Shown: positions 21,760-31,972, counted from the first letter of the stretch. The stretch is DNA of 64,000 nucleotides from an uncultured Aestuarium sp. (GCA_964461315.1 CAYWUN010000005.1:1651-65650), one strand, 5' to 3'. Made by a program: numbers and translations. The notes: a model not told the origin generated them from the letters alone.

Positions 21760-22242
21760 TTACCGGCGGCGGATGAGCTCTACCAACGTACAGCGTGGCC
21801 CTACGTCTCGAAGCACATGTTGGCCAACTTCGTGCCATTCGTCTTGTTCGATTTCGGGGAAAAACGTGTCAGCATCCTGCACGTCCATATCCACTTCGGT
21901 GATCAAGAGGCGATCGGCTTTGGGCAGAAGTTCGCGATAGATACCTGCGCCGCCAATCCCGTATATTCGCCTGTGCCCCATCTCATGAGCGGCAGTGATC
22001 GCTACATCAAGTGAAGGGAAAACGAACTCTGCCTCGGGGACCCCTTTGGTCGAGACTACAATATTCACACGGTTTTTGAGAGGCTTAAATGGGAGACTCT
22101 CCCAAGTGTTGCGCCCCATGATAATGACGCCGCCCAAAGTTTCGCGCTGAAAAAACTTGAGGTCTTCAGGCGCATGCCAAGGGATCGTGTTCTCGCGCCC
22201 AATGGCACCGTTACGGGCGCGCGCAACGATAAGCGAAATCAT
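21760..22242 (-). CDS. folA: Dihydrofolate reductase
   Basis: [38 protein letters not shown]. Confidence 0.95.
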   Translation of the reverse strand: MISLIVARARNGAIGRENTIPWHAPEDLKFFQRETLGGVIIMGRNTWESLPFKPLKNRVNIVVSTKGVPEAEFVFPSLDVAITAAHEMGHRRIYGIGGAGIYRELLPKADRLLITEVDMDVQDADTFFPEIEQDEWHEVGQHVLRDVGPRCTLVELIRRR

Positions 22243-23072
22243 ACTGCCACCGGTGCTTTGATGGTGGGATCAGGATCATAGCCGATGACTTCGAAATCAT
22301 CGAATGTGAAATCAAAGAGCGAATTCACCTTGCGCTTGATGCGCAGCTCGGGAAGCGGTTTGGGGCTGCGGGAGAGCTGCAAGTTCACCTGATCCATGTG
22401 GTTGGAGTAGATATGCGCGTCTCCGATCGAATGGACGAAGTCGCCTTCTTCATATCCCGTAACATGTGCAAGCATCTTTAGAAGAAGCGCGTAAGACGCG
22501 ATATTGAATGGCACGCCAAGGAACATATCAGCCGAACGCTGATAGAGTTGTAGGTGAAGCTTGCCGCCATTGATTTTGACCTGCCAAAGCGTGTGACAGG
22601 GCGGGAGAGCCATATCCTTAACTTCACCGGGGTTCCACGCGGACACCACCAGCCTGCGGCTGTCAGGGCTTTGCTTGATCGTATCAACCAGCGTCTTGAT
22701 CTGGTCAACGCTGCCGCGATGGTAAATCGGGTGACCACTTGCGTCTTTGCCAGCCTCAATCAGTTGCGGGAAATCACGCCACTGACGGCCATAAACGGGG
22801 CCAAGGTCCCCATTTTCGTCAGCCCATTCGTCCCAGATCGAAACGCCATTATCCTTGAGATACTTGATATTGGTATCCCCTGCGAGGAACCACAAAAGCT
22901 CGTGAATGATGGACTTGAGGTGAAGCTTTTTGGTCGTCACCAACGGAAAGCCATCGGCAAGCGGATAGCGCGCTTGTAGCCCAAAATATGAAACCGTGCC
23001 GGTGCCAGTGCGATCCGTCGTCGTGTCGCCCTTTTCCAGAACGGTTCTCAGAGCATCGTGATACTGCTGCAA
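22239..23072 (-). CDS. thyA: Thymidylate synthase ThyA
   Basis: DRTGTGT, ELLWFL, LGPVYG.QWR, MALPPCH, YQRSAD.FLGVPFN. Probable TTG start at 23072 after GGAGGAG. Confidence 0.95.
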   Translation of the reverse strand: MQQYHDALRTVLEKGDTTTDRTGTGTVSYFGLQARYPLADGFPLVTTKKLHLKSIIHELLWFLAGDTNIKYLKDNGVSIWDEWADENGDLGPVYGRQWRDFPQLIEAGKDASGHPIYHRGSVDQIKTLVDTIKQSPDSRRLVVSAWNPGEVKDMALPPCHTLWQVKINGGKLHLQLYQRSADMFLGVPFNIASYALLLKMLAHVTGYEEGDFVHSIGDAHIYSNHMDQVNLQLSRSPKPLPELRIKRKVNSLFDFTFDDFEVIGYDPDPTIKAPVAV

Positions 23073-23136
23073 GGCGCCATCTCCTCCAGATTTCTTCCTC
23101 ACTTTGTAAGCGGCGCGTTACAGAAGGCCAAGCCTG

Positions 23137-23177
23137 AAAAGGGCGCAGGGCCAACGCGTTTTAGGCGGGCCCTGTGC
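23137..23177 (-). terminator. Probable terminator of cspA
   Basis: GCACAGGGCC...GGCCCTGCGC stem on the minus strand, followed by CCTTTT. Confidence 0.55.
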
Positions 23178-23205
23178 AATTGGTATTTCTGGCAAGAGTA
23201 AAAGC

Positions 23206-23415
23206 TTAGTCAGCCTTCTTGATGGTGCCTGCCATTTGGCGTCCGTCGCGCCCTTCGATCAGTTCAAATTCCACCTTCTGATTGTCAGCAAGGCCTGTAA
23301 GCCCCGACTGTTCTACGGCAGAGATGTGAACAAATACGTCCTTGCCGCCATCATCAGGAGCGATAAAGCCGTAACCTTTTGTTGTATTGAACCATTTTAC
23401 GGTGCCGTTGGGCAT
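23206..23415 (-). CDS. cspA: Cold-shock protein
   Basis: GTVKWFN..KGYGFI (RNP1), DVFVHIS (RNP2); AAGGAG before ATG 23415. Confidence 0.93.
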   Translation of the reverse strand: MPNGTVKWFNTTKGYGFIAPDDGGKDVFVHISAVEQSGLTGLADNQKVEFELIEGRDGRQMAGTIKKAD

Positions 23416-23587
23416 TCCCGTGTCTCCTTTGTAGTTTGACCCTGAACAAGGGTCGGGGCAAAACTCCAAGCGAAGATCAATGTCGCTCTTTGCCCTATCC
23501 GAAAGCTTAGCACGGATTTTCAAAATACAAATGACAACCTTGTCAGAATGATTACTTTTCCGCCAAATAGCCGAAAATGGAGAGAAA

Positions 23588-23914
23588 ATGCGCTTCTTTG
23601 GACTGAAAACCTGTGACACTTGCCGCAAAGCGCTCAAAGCTTTGGCAGAAAATGGAATGACGCCCGAAGTCGTTGATGTCCGGGCCGACGGCCTGAGCGC
23701 GGCGGATCGCTTGGCGATCTTGGGGGCATTTGGTGATGTGGCGATCAATCGGGCTTCGACCACTTGGCGCAGTCTGACGGATGAAGAAAAGTCTGCTGAT
23801 CCCGCGCTGCTCCTCGCTCAGCACCCGACTTTGATGAAGCGCCCAGTGATAGAACACGAGGGCGTGCTTTATCTCGGCTGGAAAAAAGATGTTCAGGACG
23901 CGCTTCTTGGATAA
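23588..23914 (+). CDS. ArsC/Spx/YffB family protein
   Basis: CDTCRKA, NRASTTWR, PTLMKRP. Confidence 0.88.
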   Translation: MRFFGLKTCDTCRKALKALAENGMTPEVVDVRADGLSAADRLAILGAFGDVAINRASTTWRSLTDEEKSADPALLLAQHPTLMKRPVIEHEGVLYLGWKKDVQDALLG

Positions 23915-23961
23915 TTGCCGCACCTCACCTATTTAGAGGGGCGAGCCAGAGGGAGAATAAG

Positions 23962-24330
23962 ATGCGCAACGCTGCTTTGATGCTTGGAATTTTTGCCGGA
24001 CTGATTGGTGTCGTTGTTGGATTCTTCAGTTATGGCTATGTCTCGCTCACCGAGAGTTATCAGGAAGTGGGCGAAACCTTTGGCTTTGTGACCAATCCTG
24101 AGTTCATCAAGATGGCGAGCTTTCTTGCGCCCCTGCTTGCAATTGCGGGAGGCGGCATGGCTCGGGCGCGGGCACTTTGGGGCGGCGTTCTGATGATCGT
24201 GTCGGCCGCCGCAATGTATGGAGCGTTTGGCTTTAACTTTGCCACGATGTTCCCCATTGGAATGGCGGGACTTGGCGGCCTCTTCGCGATTGCTGCTGGC
24301 AAACCAGATGAAGAAAAGGCGCACTTCTAA
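23962..24330 (+). CDS. Small hypothetical membrane protein (about 4 TM)
   Basis: Hydrophobic Gly-rich helices; GGGAG SD. Confidence 0.7.
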   Translation: MRNAALMLGIFAGLIGVVVGFFSYGYVSLTESYQEVGETFGFVTNPEFIKMASFLAPLLAIAGGGMARARALWGGVLMIVSAAAMYGAFGFNFATMFPIGMAGLGGLFAIAAGKPDEEKAHF

Positions 24331-24344
24331 AGAAGCGCGCCTTC
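24314..24344. terminator. Hairpin between convergent genes (thrS terminator, possibly bidirectional)
   Basis: AAGGCGCACTTCT-AA-AGAAGCGCGCCTT; T-run on the minus strand. Confidence 0.55.
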
Positions 24345-24366
24345 TAATTCGCGAAATTAGACCAGT

Positions 24367-26313
24367 TTAACGAAGATCGGGCGGAGTTGCTTCGCCAGAG
24401 AGTTCCGCAATCATCTCGTCAACTGAGCGGACCGAAGTCTGCTGTTCGCCAAGGCGGCGTACTGAAACCGTGCGCTCTTCAACTTCACGGGCACCGATTG
24501 CAAAGATCACCGGAACCTTGCCAAGCGAGTGCTCGCGGATCTTGTAGTTGATCTTTTCGTTACGCGTGTCGGCTTCGGCGCGGATGCCCTTGGCTTTGAG
24601 CATCTCGACCACTTCATGCACATAGCTGTCGGCATCAGAGACGATAGAAGCAACGACGACCTGACGCGGCGCGAGCCAGAACGGGAATTTACCCGCATGT
24701 TCTTCGATCAGAATGCCGATAAAGCGCTCGAACGAACCCAGCACTGCGCGGTGGAGCATGACGGGACGATGTTTTGCACCATCAGCGCCAATGTAGTTCG
24801 CATCGAGACGCTCGGGCAGGTTCGGGTCCACCTGAAGCGTGCCACACTGCCAGTCACGGCCAATGGCGTCGGTCAGAACAAACTCGAGCTTGGGGCCATA
24901 GAACGCGCCTTCGCCTTCTTGGATTTCAAAGTCGTAACCAGCCGCTTTACAAGCATCACCCAAGGCTGCTTCGACACGATCCCAGCTTTCATCGCTGCCC
25001 ACACGCTTTTCAGGGCGGGTCGAGAGCTTGATCTTCCAATTATGGAAGCCGAGGTCGTCGTAAATCTTGGACAGGAATTCGATGAACTTTTTGGTTTCCG
25101 ACTCGATCTGGTCGTCGGTGCAGAAAATGTGCGCATCGTCTTGAGTAAAGCCGCGCACGCGCATAATCCCGTGCAGAGCGCCCGAGGGTTCATAGCGGTT
25201 GCAAGATCCGAATTCCGCCATACGCAATGGGAGATCACGGTAAGACTTTAGGCCATGGTTAAAGACCTGCACGTGGCAAGGGCAGTTCATCGGCTTGAGA
25301 GCGTTCACAGTCTTTTCGCGGGCATGATCCTCGTCCACTTCGACGATGAACATGTTTTCCTGATAGTTCTCCCAGTGGCCCGACGCTTCCCAGAGTTTAC
25401 GGTTCACCACTTGCGGTGTGTTCACCTCGACATAACCATCGCGGCGCTGTTGGCGGCGCATGTAATCCTGGAGCGTGGTGTAAACCGTCCAGCCGTTCGG
25501 GTGCCAGAACACCTGACCGGGAGCCTCTTCTTGCATGTGGTAGAGGTCCATTTCTTTACCAAGCTTGCGGTGGTCGCGCTTGGCGGCTTCTTCAAGACGG
25601 TTGAGGTAGGCCTTGAGGTCCTCTTTGTTGAGGAAGGCCGCGCCATAAATACGCTGAAGCTGTGCACGGCTGGAGTCGCCGCGCCAATAGGCGCCCGCGA
25701 CGTTCATAAGCTTGAACGCATCCGCGGGCACTTGGCCGGTATTCTGAAGGTGAGGACCACGGCAGAGATCCTGCCATTCGCCATGCCAATACATCCGAAG
25801 CGGCTCGTTGCCGGGGATCGCGTCGATCAGCTCGACCTTATAGGGTTCGCCCTTGTCCTTATAATGCTGAACTGCGCGGTCGCGGTCCCACACTTCGGTG
25901 CGAACCTCGTCGCGCTTGTTGATGATCTCGCGCATCTTCTTTTCGATGACAGCGAGGTCTTCGGGGGTGAAGGGCTCTTCGCGGTCAAAGTCATAGTACC
26001 AGCCGTTTTCAATAACGGGGCCAATTGTGACTTGGACGTTCGGCCAAAGCTCTTGAACTGCGCGGGCCATAATGTGTGCAAGGTCATGACGGACGAGTTC
26101 CAGCGCAGGGGCAGGGTCCTTCATCGTGTTGATGGCTATCTGCGCATCCTCAAGGATCGGCCACTGAAGATCCCAATGCTTGCCATTCACTTGGGCTGAA
26201 ATGGCTTTCTTGGCCAGAGAGGTGGCAATGGATGCCGCGACTTCGGCAGGCGTGACACCTGCGTCATAGGAACGCGAATTGCCATCGGGGAATGTAAGGG
26301 AAATCTGGCTCAT
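24367..26313 (-). CDS. thrS: Threonine--tRNA ligase
   Basis: TGS domain, [47 protein letters not shown]. Confidence 0.97.
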   Translation of the reverse strand: MSQISLTFPDGNSRSYDAGVTPAEVAASIATSLAKKAISAQVNGKHWDLQWPILEDAQIAINTMKDPAPALELVRHDLAHIMARAVQELWPNVQVTIGPVIENGWYYDFDREEPFTPEDLAVIEKKMREIINKRDEVRTEVWDRDRAVQHYKDKGEPYKVELIDAIPGNEPLRMYWHGEWQDLCRGPHLQNTGQVPADAFKLMNVAGAYWRGDSSRAQLQRIYGAAFLNKEDLKAYLNRLEEAAKRDHRKLGKEMDLYHMQEEAPGQVFWHPNGWTVYTTLQDYMRRQQRRDGYVEVNTPQVVNRKLWEASGHWENYQENMFIVEVDEDHAREKTVNALKPMNCPCHVQVFNHGLKSYRDLPLRMAEFGSCNRYEPSGALHGIMRVRGFTQDDAHIFCTDDQIESETKKFIEFLSKIYDDLGFHNWKIKLSTRPEKRVGSDESWDRVEAALGDACKAAGYDFEIQEGEGAFYGPKLEFVLTDAIGRDWQCGTLQVDPNLPERLDANYIGADGAKHRPVMLHRAVLGSFERFIGILIEEHAGKFPFWLAPRQVVVASIVSDADSYVHEVVEMLKAKGIRAEADTRNEKINYKIREHSLGKVPVIFAIGAREVEERTVSVRRLGEQQTSVRSVDEMIAELSGEATPPDLR

Positions 26314-26335
26314 TAGCCTAGCTCCTCGTCAGTTT

Positions 26336-26352
26336 GGCGCCCACGGAACGCC
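26336..26352 (-). promoter_or_regulatory. Candidate thrS translational operator (tRNA-Thr anticodon-arm mimic)
   Basis: GGCGU-UCCGUGG-GCGCC: 5-bp stem, 7-nt loop with CGU at loop positions 3-5, 9 nt upstream of AGGAG. Confidence 0.55.
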
Positions 26353-26530
26353 CGGTTGCGGGTAATATGTTCGGCACGTTTCTTGGCCTCGACGCTCGAC
26401 CACGTCAAGTCTTGATCGACGCATGATCAAATGTGCCAGCTATTAATGTGACTTTTAAGCGCCCAACCCTTGTCATTCGGGGCGAGATGGTGATGTTTCT
26501 TCTGAAGAAATCGCGAAAGGTACAAGAACC

Positions 26531-27271
26531 GTGACTGACTATTTGACAACCCCGCAGGGACGCCGAATTGCCTATAATTACACCGCTGGTGCGCTTCCTG
26601 CTGTCGTATTTCTTGGGGGCTTCAAGTCAGACATGGAAGGCACCAAGGCTATTCACCTCGAAGATTGGGCAAAGGCCCAGGGGCGTGCTTTTTTGCGGTT
26701 CGATTACTCGGGTCATGGAGTGAGCGACGGCAATTTCGAGGACGGCGCCATCGGCGATTGGTTCGAAGATGCCTGCGCCGCGCTTAGCTTGGTGGAGGGA
26801 CCCGTAGTCTTGGTCGGCTCCTCGATGGGGGGATGGATTTCGCTTCTGGTCTCGCGCGAGATGCCTGAAAAGGTCGCAGGACTTGTCACCATTGCCGCTG
26901 CACCCGACTTTACCGAAGACAGCATGTGGAATGGTTTTTCCGATGCTCAGAAGGCAGAGCTTGAAAGCGCAGGTAAAGTTGCTCTTCCGTCAGAATACGG
27001 CGATCCATATATCATCACCAAGCGCTTGATCGAAGAAGGCCGCAATCGTCTTGTCCTGCGGAGCCCGCTGCCTCTTGCGTTCCCTGTGCGCTTTTTGCAA
27101 GGCACTGCCGATTTGGATGTTGATCAAGCTGTTGCCGTTCGCTTGATGGACCATGTCGAAGGCGATGACATCCGACTTACACTGGTGAAAGGTGCGGACC
27201 ATCGCTTTTCGACGCCCGAGTGCCTCTCTTTGATCAGCTATAGCGTGACCAAGGTGCTTTCGCGGCTCTAG
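26531..27271 (+). CDS. Alpha/beta hydrolase (ABHD10-like)
   Basis: GGFKSDM.GTKA, RFDYSGHG, GSSMGG, DHRFS. Confidence 0.88.
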   Translation: MTDYLTTPQGRRIAYNYTAGALPAVVFLGGFKSDMEGTKAIHLEDWAKAQGRAFLRFDYSGHGVSDGNFEDGAIGDWFEDACAALSLVEGPVVLVGSSMGGWISLLVSREMPEKVAGLVTIAAAPDFTEDSMWNGFSDAQKAELESAGKVALPSEYGDPYIITKRLIEEGRNRLVLRSPLPLAFPVRFLQGTADLDVDQAVAVRLMDHVEGDDIRLTLVKGADHRFSTPECLSLISYSVTKVLSRL

Positions 27272-27419
27272 CGCAACGCTTTGAGCGGATTTTGGTAGAA
27301 CTCCTTTAATATTCGAGCCTCGCGCTTTTCAACGCAATCAAGCCGTGTATGGTTCTTTCAAAATGTCAGAAAGACATAAGACGGGGTTAGAATGCAGTAT
27401 TTGACGCGAGTGGGCGCCA

Positions 27420-28130
27420 ATGGCTGAGCCATTGTTGTTCCTGCCAGGCTTGTTTTGTGATGCACGAGTGTTTGCTACTCAGATGACCGCTTTGGGGCGG
27501 GATATGTCTGTGATGATTGCTCCAACATCTACTCACGAACGTATCGAAGAAATGGCGTCCGAAATCCTCTCGGGCGCGCCGCTGAAATTTGCTTTGGTTG
27601 GACATTGCCTTGGTGGGGCTGTTGCACTCGAAGTTCTGCGCCGCGCGCCAGACCGCGTGACGCGGATTGCCCTCGTGGGTTCGACGCCTTTGGCCGATAC
27701 TCCGCAAGACGCTGCGATCCGCGAAACGCAAATAGTTTCGATAAAGGCGGGGCGTCTCGAAGATGTTGTGCGCGAAACGGTGTCACGTGGTTGGTTCACG
27801 AGCGGCAATACCAAGAACGACGGTATCGCAAAGCTGGTTGCAATGGCACGTGCCAATGGCGGCGATGCTTCAGTCAGGCAGCTTCGAGCATTTCAGCGAC
27901 GCAAAGACCAGCAGGGAACCTCTCGGAAGATCAAACAGCCAGTTTTGGTTATGTGTGGGGAAGAGGATGGCGTTACGCCTCGCAAACGCCACGAGTTTAT
28001 GGCCGAGCTGATCCCATATGCAAAACTCGAGGTGGTTGAACGAGCAGGGCACCTTCCTATGCTCGATCAGCCCCAAGTCACGACCGAATTGCTTCGGTCG
28101 TTTATGAGACAGCCTCTCGTTCTGAGATGA
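27420..28130 (+). CDS. Alpha/beta fold hydrolase
   Basis: PGLFCD, GHCLGG at the nucleophile elbow, GEED..TP, AGHLP. Confidence 0.85.
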   Translation: MAEPLLFLPGLFCDARVFATQMTALGRDMSVMIAPTSTHERIEEMASEILSGAPLKFALVGHCLGGAVALEVLRRAPDRVTRIALVGSTPLADTPQDAAIRETQIVSIKAGRLEDVVRETVSRGWFTSGNTKNDGIAKLVAMARANGGDASVRQLRAFQRRKDQQGTSRKIKQPVLVMCGEEDGVTPRKRHEFMAELIPYAKLEVVERAGHLPMLDQPQVTTELLRSFMRQPLVLR

Positions 28131-29396
28131 TTAAGCGCTCGTCGCGACGACGCGCGGCTTTGCAGGGGCCGAGTTCGAGTCGATGAATTCGAGCACGAGC
28201 GGGCGAATGTTGTTGCGCCAGCTCTTACCTGCAAAGATGCCATAGTGGCCAGCACCCGGCTCGACGTGCCAAGCCTTTTTATCCTCAGGAAGGCCAGTGA
28301 GTAGCCCCAGAGCCGCTTTGCACTGTCCCGGCGCCGAGATGTCGTCCTCTTCACCTTCGACAGTTTTCACGGCGACGGTTGTAATTTTCGAGATATCGAC
28401 GAGTCGACCAGCAACTTCGAATACGTTGCGTGCGATTTCGCGTTTTTTGAATACGCGATCGACGGTGGAAAGGTAGAACTCTGCGGTCATATCCATCACT
28501 GCAAGGTATTCGTCGTAGAATACATTGTGTTTGTCATGATCCGATGCATCGCCCTTGGCTGCGCGGAAAATCTGGTTTTGAAATGCTTTGGTGTGCTTGT
28601 CGGCATTCATGGAAATGAACGAAGCGAGTTGCAGAAGACCAGGATAAACCTGTCGACCAACGCCAGCATATTTGAAGCCAACGCGCTGGATCATGGTCTG
28701 TTCAAGCTGACCCATCGTGACCGACCGGCCAAAGTCGGTGACTTCGGTGTGATTTGCCTCGGGGTCAATCGGACCACCGATAAGCGTGAGCGAACGCGGC
28801 TGCGCCTTGGGGTCTTCTTCCGCAAGATAAGCCGTTGCGGCCAGAGTCAAAGGCGCGGGCTGGCAAACGGCAATTACATGGATATCACTGCCGAGATGCT
28901 TCATGAAATCGACGAGGTAGAGCGTATAATCCTCAACGTCGAACTTACCCGCGCTGACAGGAATGTCGCGCGCATTGTGCCAGTCCGTCATATAGACTTC
29001 ACAATCTGGTAGTAGAGAGATCACGGTTTTGCGGAGGAGGGTCGCATAGTGACCGGACATCGGCGCTACGAGAAGGATACGACGAGCGAGCGGCTTGCGG
29101 CCCACGACCTTAAAGTGGATTAGATCGCCGAAATCGCGCTCGATTACTTTGGTAACCTGCACGAGGTGGTCCTTGCCGTCGCTCATGGAGATGGAGGGAA
29201 TGCCCCAGTCCGGTTTGACGACCATGCGCTCGAAAGTGCGCTCGGTTACTTCGCCCCAAGCGCCGACCCATTCGACAAAAGGATTGGAAAGCGCAGCCAT
29301 CGCAGGATACGCGGCAAATGCGCGCGCGGATGCCCCAAGCCATTGGTTTGTGTTACGAACACTTTCCATCATGTCGTATGTGTACATATACTTCAC
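28131..29396 (-). CDS. phaZ: Intracellular polyhydroxyalkanoate depolymerase
   Basis: APMSGHYATLLR, AVCQP (catalytic Cys), EG..DDIS, GHYGIF. Confidence 0.93.
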   Translation of the reverse strand: MKYMYTYDMMESVRNTNQWLGASARAFAAYPAMAALSNPFVEWVGAWGEVTERTFERMVVKPDWGIPSISMSDGKDHLVQVTKVIERDFGDLIHFKVVGRKPLARRILLVAPMSGHYATLLRKTVISLLPDCEVYMTDWHNARDIPVSAGKFDVEDYTLYLVDFMKHLGSDIHVIAVCQPAPLTLAATAYLAEEDPKAQPRSLTLIGGPIDPEANHTEVTDFGRSVTMGQLEQTMIQRVGFKYAGVGRQVYPGLLQLASFISMNADKHTKAFQNQIFRAAKGDASDHDKHNVFYDEYLAVMDMTAEFYLSTVDRVFKKREIARNVFEVAGRLVDISKITTVAVKTVEGEEDDISAPGQCKAALGLLTGLPEDKKAWHVEPGAGHYGIFAGKSWRNNIRPLVLEFIDSNSAPAKPRVVATSA

Positions 29397-29501
29397 TTGC
29401 GACGTCTCCTTTTGGTGCGGGCTGTACCCGACTCAGCTTGTGCCTAGGTTTACAACCTTAGGCGATGCTGCATGTGCAAAATGTATGGCGGGGAGGGCCG
29501 T

Positions 29502-31313
29502 ATGACAACTAATGATTTGGTCGCAGATGACGCAGGCTCGGAAACGAGAGCTCGATTTGAAGCGAATCTTCAAAAAGTTGAACAGCTTAGCCAACGCATC
29601 GTGCAGGTTCTTTCGAACAAACGAGAAGTCCCTTTAGATCTCCAAGGGCCTTCCCAGGAGCTTTATCTCAAAGCCGGAGCCGCATATTTGAACGAAATGA
29701 TTCAGAATCCGGCGAAGGTTTTTGAGCAGCAGCTCGAATACTGGGGCAAATCTGTGAAGCACTTCATCGAGGCCCAATCGCTCCTCGCTCAGGGAAAGCT
29801 CGAGGCGCCACACGATGAAACGCCGGATGACAGCCGTTTTTCCAACCCGCTTTGGAAGACCCACCCCTATTTTAATTACCTTAAGCAGCAATATCTCATC
29901 GGCTCTCAGTCCATGCAGGACGCGCTTTCCGAAATGGACGGTGTCTCAGAGGTCGAGCGCAAGCGCCTACAGTATTTTGGTCAACAGATCATGGACATGA
30001 TGGCGCCGACCAACTTCCTGGGCACGAACCCAGATGCGCTTGAGCGCGCTATTGAGACCGAAGGACAGAGCCTGATTGACGGACTTGAAAACCTTGTTCA
30101 CGACCTTGAGGCCAACAATGGAGAACTTGTCGTAACACTCGCTGACAAGTCCGCGTTCTCAGTCGGAGAAAACATCGGGACAACTCCAGGCAAGGTGGTT
30201 TTCCGCAATCATATGTTCGAACTGATCCAATATAGCCCGACGACCGAGACGGTTCACGCGATGCCGCTCTTGATCTTCCCTCCGTGGATCAACCGCTTTT
30301 ATATTCTCGACCTCAAACCGCAGAACTCGCTGATCAAGTGGATCGTGGATCAAGGGTATACGCTCTTCGTCGTGTCTTGGGTGAACCCCGACGAAAGCTA
30401 TGCGCAAATCGGCATGGATGACTATGTGCAGGATGGCTATCTCACCGCCATTCGCGAAGTGAAAGCGATCTGCGATGTCGAGCAGATCAACGTCGTTGGA
30501 TACTGCATTGCGGGTACAACTCTGTCACTTACGCTGGCATTGATGAAGCAGACAGGCGACAATTCGGTTAATTCGGCAACCTTCTTCACGACGCTGACCG
30601 ATTTCTCGGATCAGGGCGAAGTCGGGGTCTTCCTGACCAATGATTTCGTGGATGGTATCGAGGCTGAAGCATACAAAACCGGTGTGCTCGATAGTTTTTA
30701 TATGTCTCGCACATTCTCGTTCCTTCGCTCGAACGATCTTATCTATAAGCCGGCGATCCGATATTACATGATGGGCGAAACGCCGCCTGCCTTCGATCTT
30801 TTGTTTTGGAATGGAGACGGGACTAACCTTCCTGCGAAAATGGTGGTCGAATATCTGCGAGGCCTCTGCCAAGAGGACAAGTTCGCAGGCGATACGTTCA
30901 GTATCTGTGGTCACGATGTGAGCCTTTCAGAGGTGAACGTGCCACTCTGTGCTATTGCATGTGATACCGATCATATCGCGGCTTGGAGATCATCTTATCG
31001 TGGCGTTCAGAAAATGGGATCTGCCGACAAAACGTTTATTCTCTCGGGCAGCGGTCATATCGCTGGTATCGTTAACCCACCATCCAAAGTGAAATACGGT
31101 CATTGGACCAATCCTGACCTGAGCCTTGCACCTGAGGAGTGGAAAAGCGCTGCGGAACAGCACGAGGGTTCTTGGTGGCCACTTTGGAATGAATGGCTTC
31201 AAGGCAGAGCTGGGGAGCAGATTGCTGCGCGAACCCCGGGTGATTCCACTCATCCAGTACTTGCAGATGCTCCTGGGACTTACGTTAAGTCACTCGGTGG
31301 ACAAAAGTCTTAG
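29502..31313 (+). CDS. phaC: Class I PHA synthase
   Basis: PPWINRFYILDL, GYCIAG lipase-like box, DHIA.W, SGHIAG, GSWWP.W. Start refined to 29502. Confidence 0.95.
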   Translation: MTTNDLVADDAGSETRARFEANLQKVEQLSQRIVQVLSNKREVPLDLQGPSQELYLKAGAAYLNEMIQNPAKVFEQQLEYWGKSVKHFIEAQSLLAQGKLEAPHDETPDDSRFSNPLWKTHPYFNYLKQQYLIGSQSMQDALSEMDGVSEVERKRLQYFGQQIMDMMAPTNFLGTNPDALERAIETEGQSLIDGLENLVHDLEANNGELVVTLADKSAFSVGENIGTTPGKVVFRNHMFELIQYSPTTETVHAMPLLIFPPWINRFYILDLKPQNSLIKWIVDQGYTLFVVSWVNPDESYAQIGMDDYVQDGYLTAIREVKAICDVEQINVVGYCIAGTTLSLTLALMKQTGDNSVNSATFFTTLTDFSDQGEVGVFLTNDFVDGIEAEAYKTGVLDSFYMSRTFSFLRSNDLIYKPAIRYYMMGETPPAFDLLFWNGDGTNLPAKMVVEYLRGLCQEDKFAGDTFSICGHDVSLSEVNVPLCAIACDTDHIAAWRSSYRGVQKMGSADKTFILSGSGHIAGIVNPPSKVKYGHWTNPDLSLAPEEWKSAAEQHEGSWWPLWNEWLQGRAGEQIAARTPGDSTHPVLADAPGTYVKSLGGQKS

Positions 31314-31332
31314 GGCTAAGTGTCTGAAAATA

Positions 31333-31403
31333 CTGCAATGCAGAATAATTTTTGCTGCATTGCAGAAAAAATACTTGATTTGCTGCGGTGCAGCATGCAT
31401 ATT
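31333..31403 (+). promoter_or_regulatory. phaP promoter with three PhaR-type CTGC-N3-GCAG boxes
   Basis: CTGCAATGCAG 31333-43, CTGCATTGCAG 31355-65, CTGCGGTGCAG 31383-93; TTGATT-17-CATATT promoter brackets the third box. Confidence 0.8.
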
Positions 31404-31460
31404 CTTACCAAGGCAAACGTAGAGCGGCACAGACGCCGCGTGTTTTGAAAGGTAAGTAAA

Positions 31461-31910
31461 ATGGCTAAGACTCAAGACTTCACCGCTATGTTCAAAGACG
31501 TCATGGGTGCTTTCCCTGTGGACACCAAAGCGATGGAAGACGCCTACAAGTCGCAGGCAGCTCTCGCAGAAAAGATGTCTGCAGTTGCAATCGCTGCTGC
31601 TAAGCAGTCGACCGATCTTTCGGCAAAGTGGACCCAGGAAACCCTCGCTAAGGTAACTGAAGTTTCCAAAGCAAAGGCTGAGCCTGCTGACTATGCTAAG
31701 TCGGTCACTGACTTTGCTTCGGCTTCGGCTGAATCGGCTGCAGAGCACATGGCTGCTTTCGCTGAAATCGCTAAGAAAGTTCAGACCGAGACCCTCGAGC
31801 TGATGATGTCCGCCGGCAAGACCATGACCGAAGACATGACTGCTGCTGCAAAAAAAGCTGGTGAAGAAATCACCGCAGCTACCAAAAAAGCAGCTGCTGC
31901 AGCGAAGTAA
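31461..31910 (+). CDS. phaP: Phasin
   Basis: Ala/Lys-rich helical protein between phaC and phaR; strong high-expression codon bias. Confidence 0.9.
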   Translation: MAKTQDFTAMFKDVMGAFPVDTKAMEDAYKSQAALAEKMSAVAIAAAKQSTDLSAKWTQETLAKVTEVSKAKAEPADYAKSVTDFASASAESAAEHMAAFAEIAKKVQTETLELMMSAGKTMTEDMTAAAKKAGEEITAATKKAAAAAK

Positions 31911-31923
31911 TCGCGAAGTCCCA

Positions 31924-31964
31924 ACTGATCCAATTCCTCCCTCCTCCTCCCAAATTGGATCGGT
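31924..31964 (+). ncRNA. Candidate 3'-UTR sRNA hairpin with anti-SD CCUCCUCCC loop
   Basis: 12-bp stem ACTGATCCAATT/AATTGGATCGGT with loop CCTCCCTCCTCCTCCCA, immediately before the terminator. Confidence 0.5.
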
Positions 31965-31972
31965 ATAAGTGC

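Noticed and set aside
23206-23763. 185-aa extended cold-shock protein
   Set aside because: The extension overlaps the divergent ArsC-family gene; SD and family length support the start at 23415.
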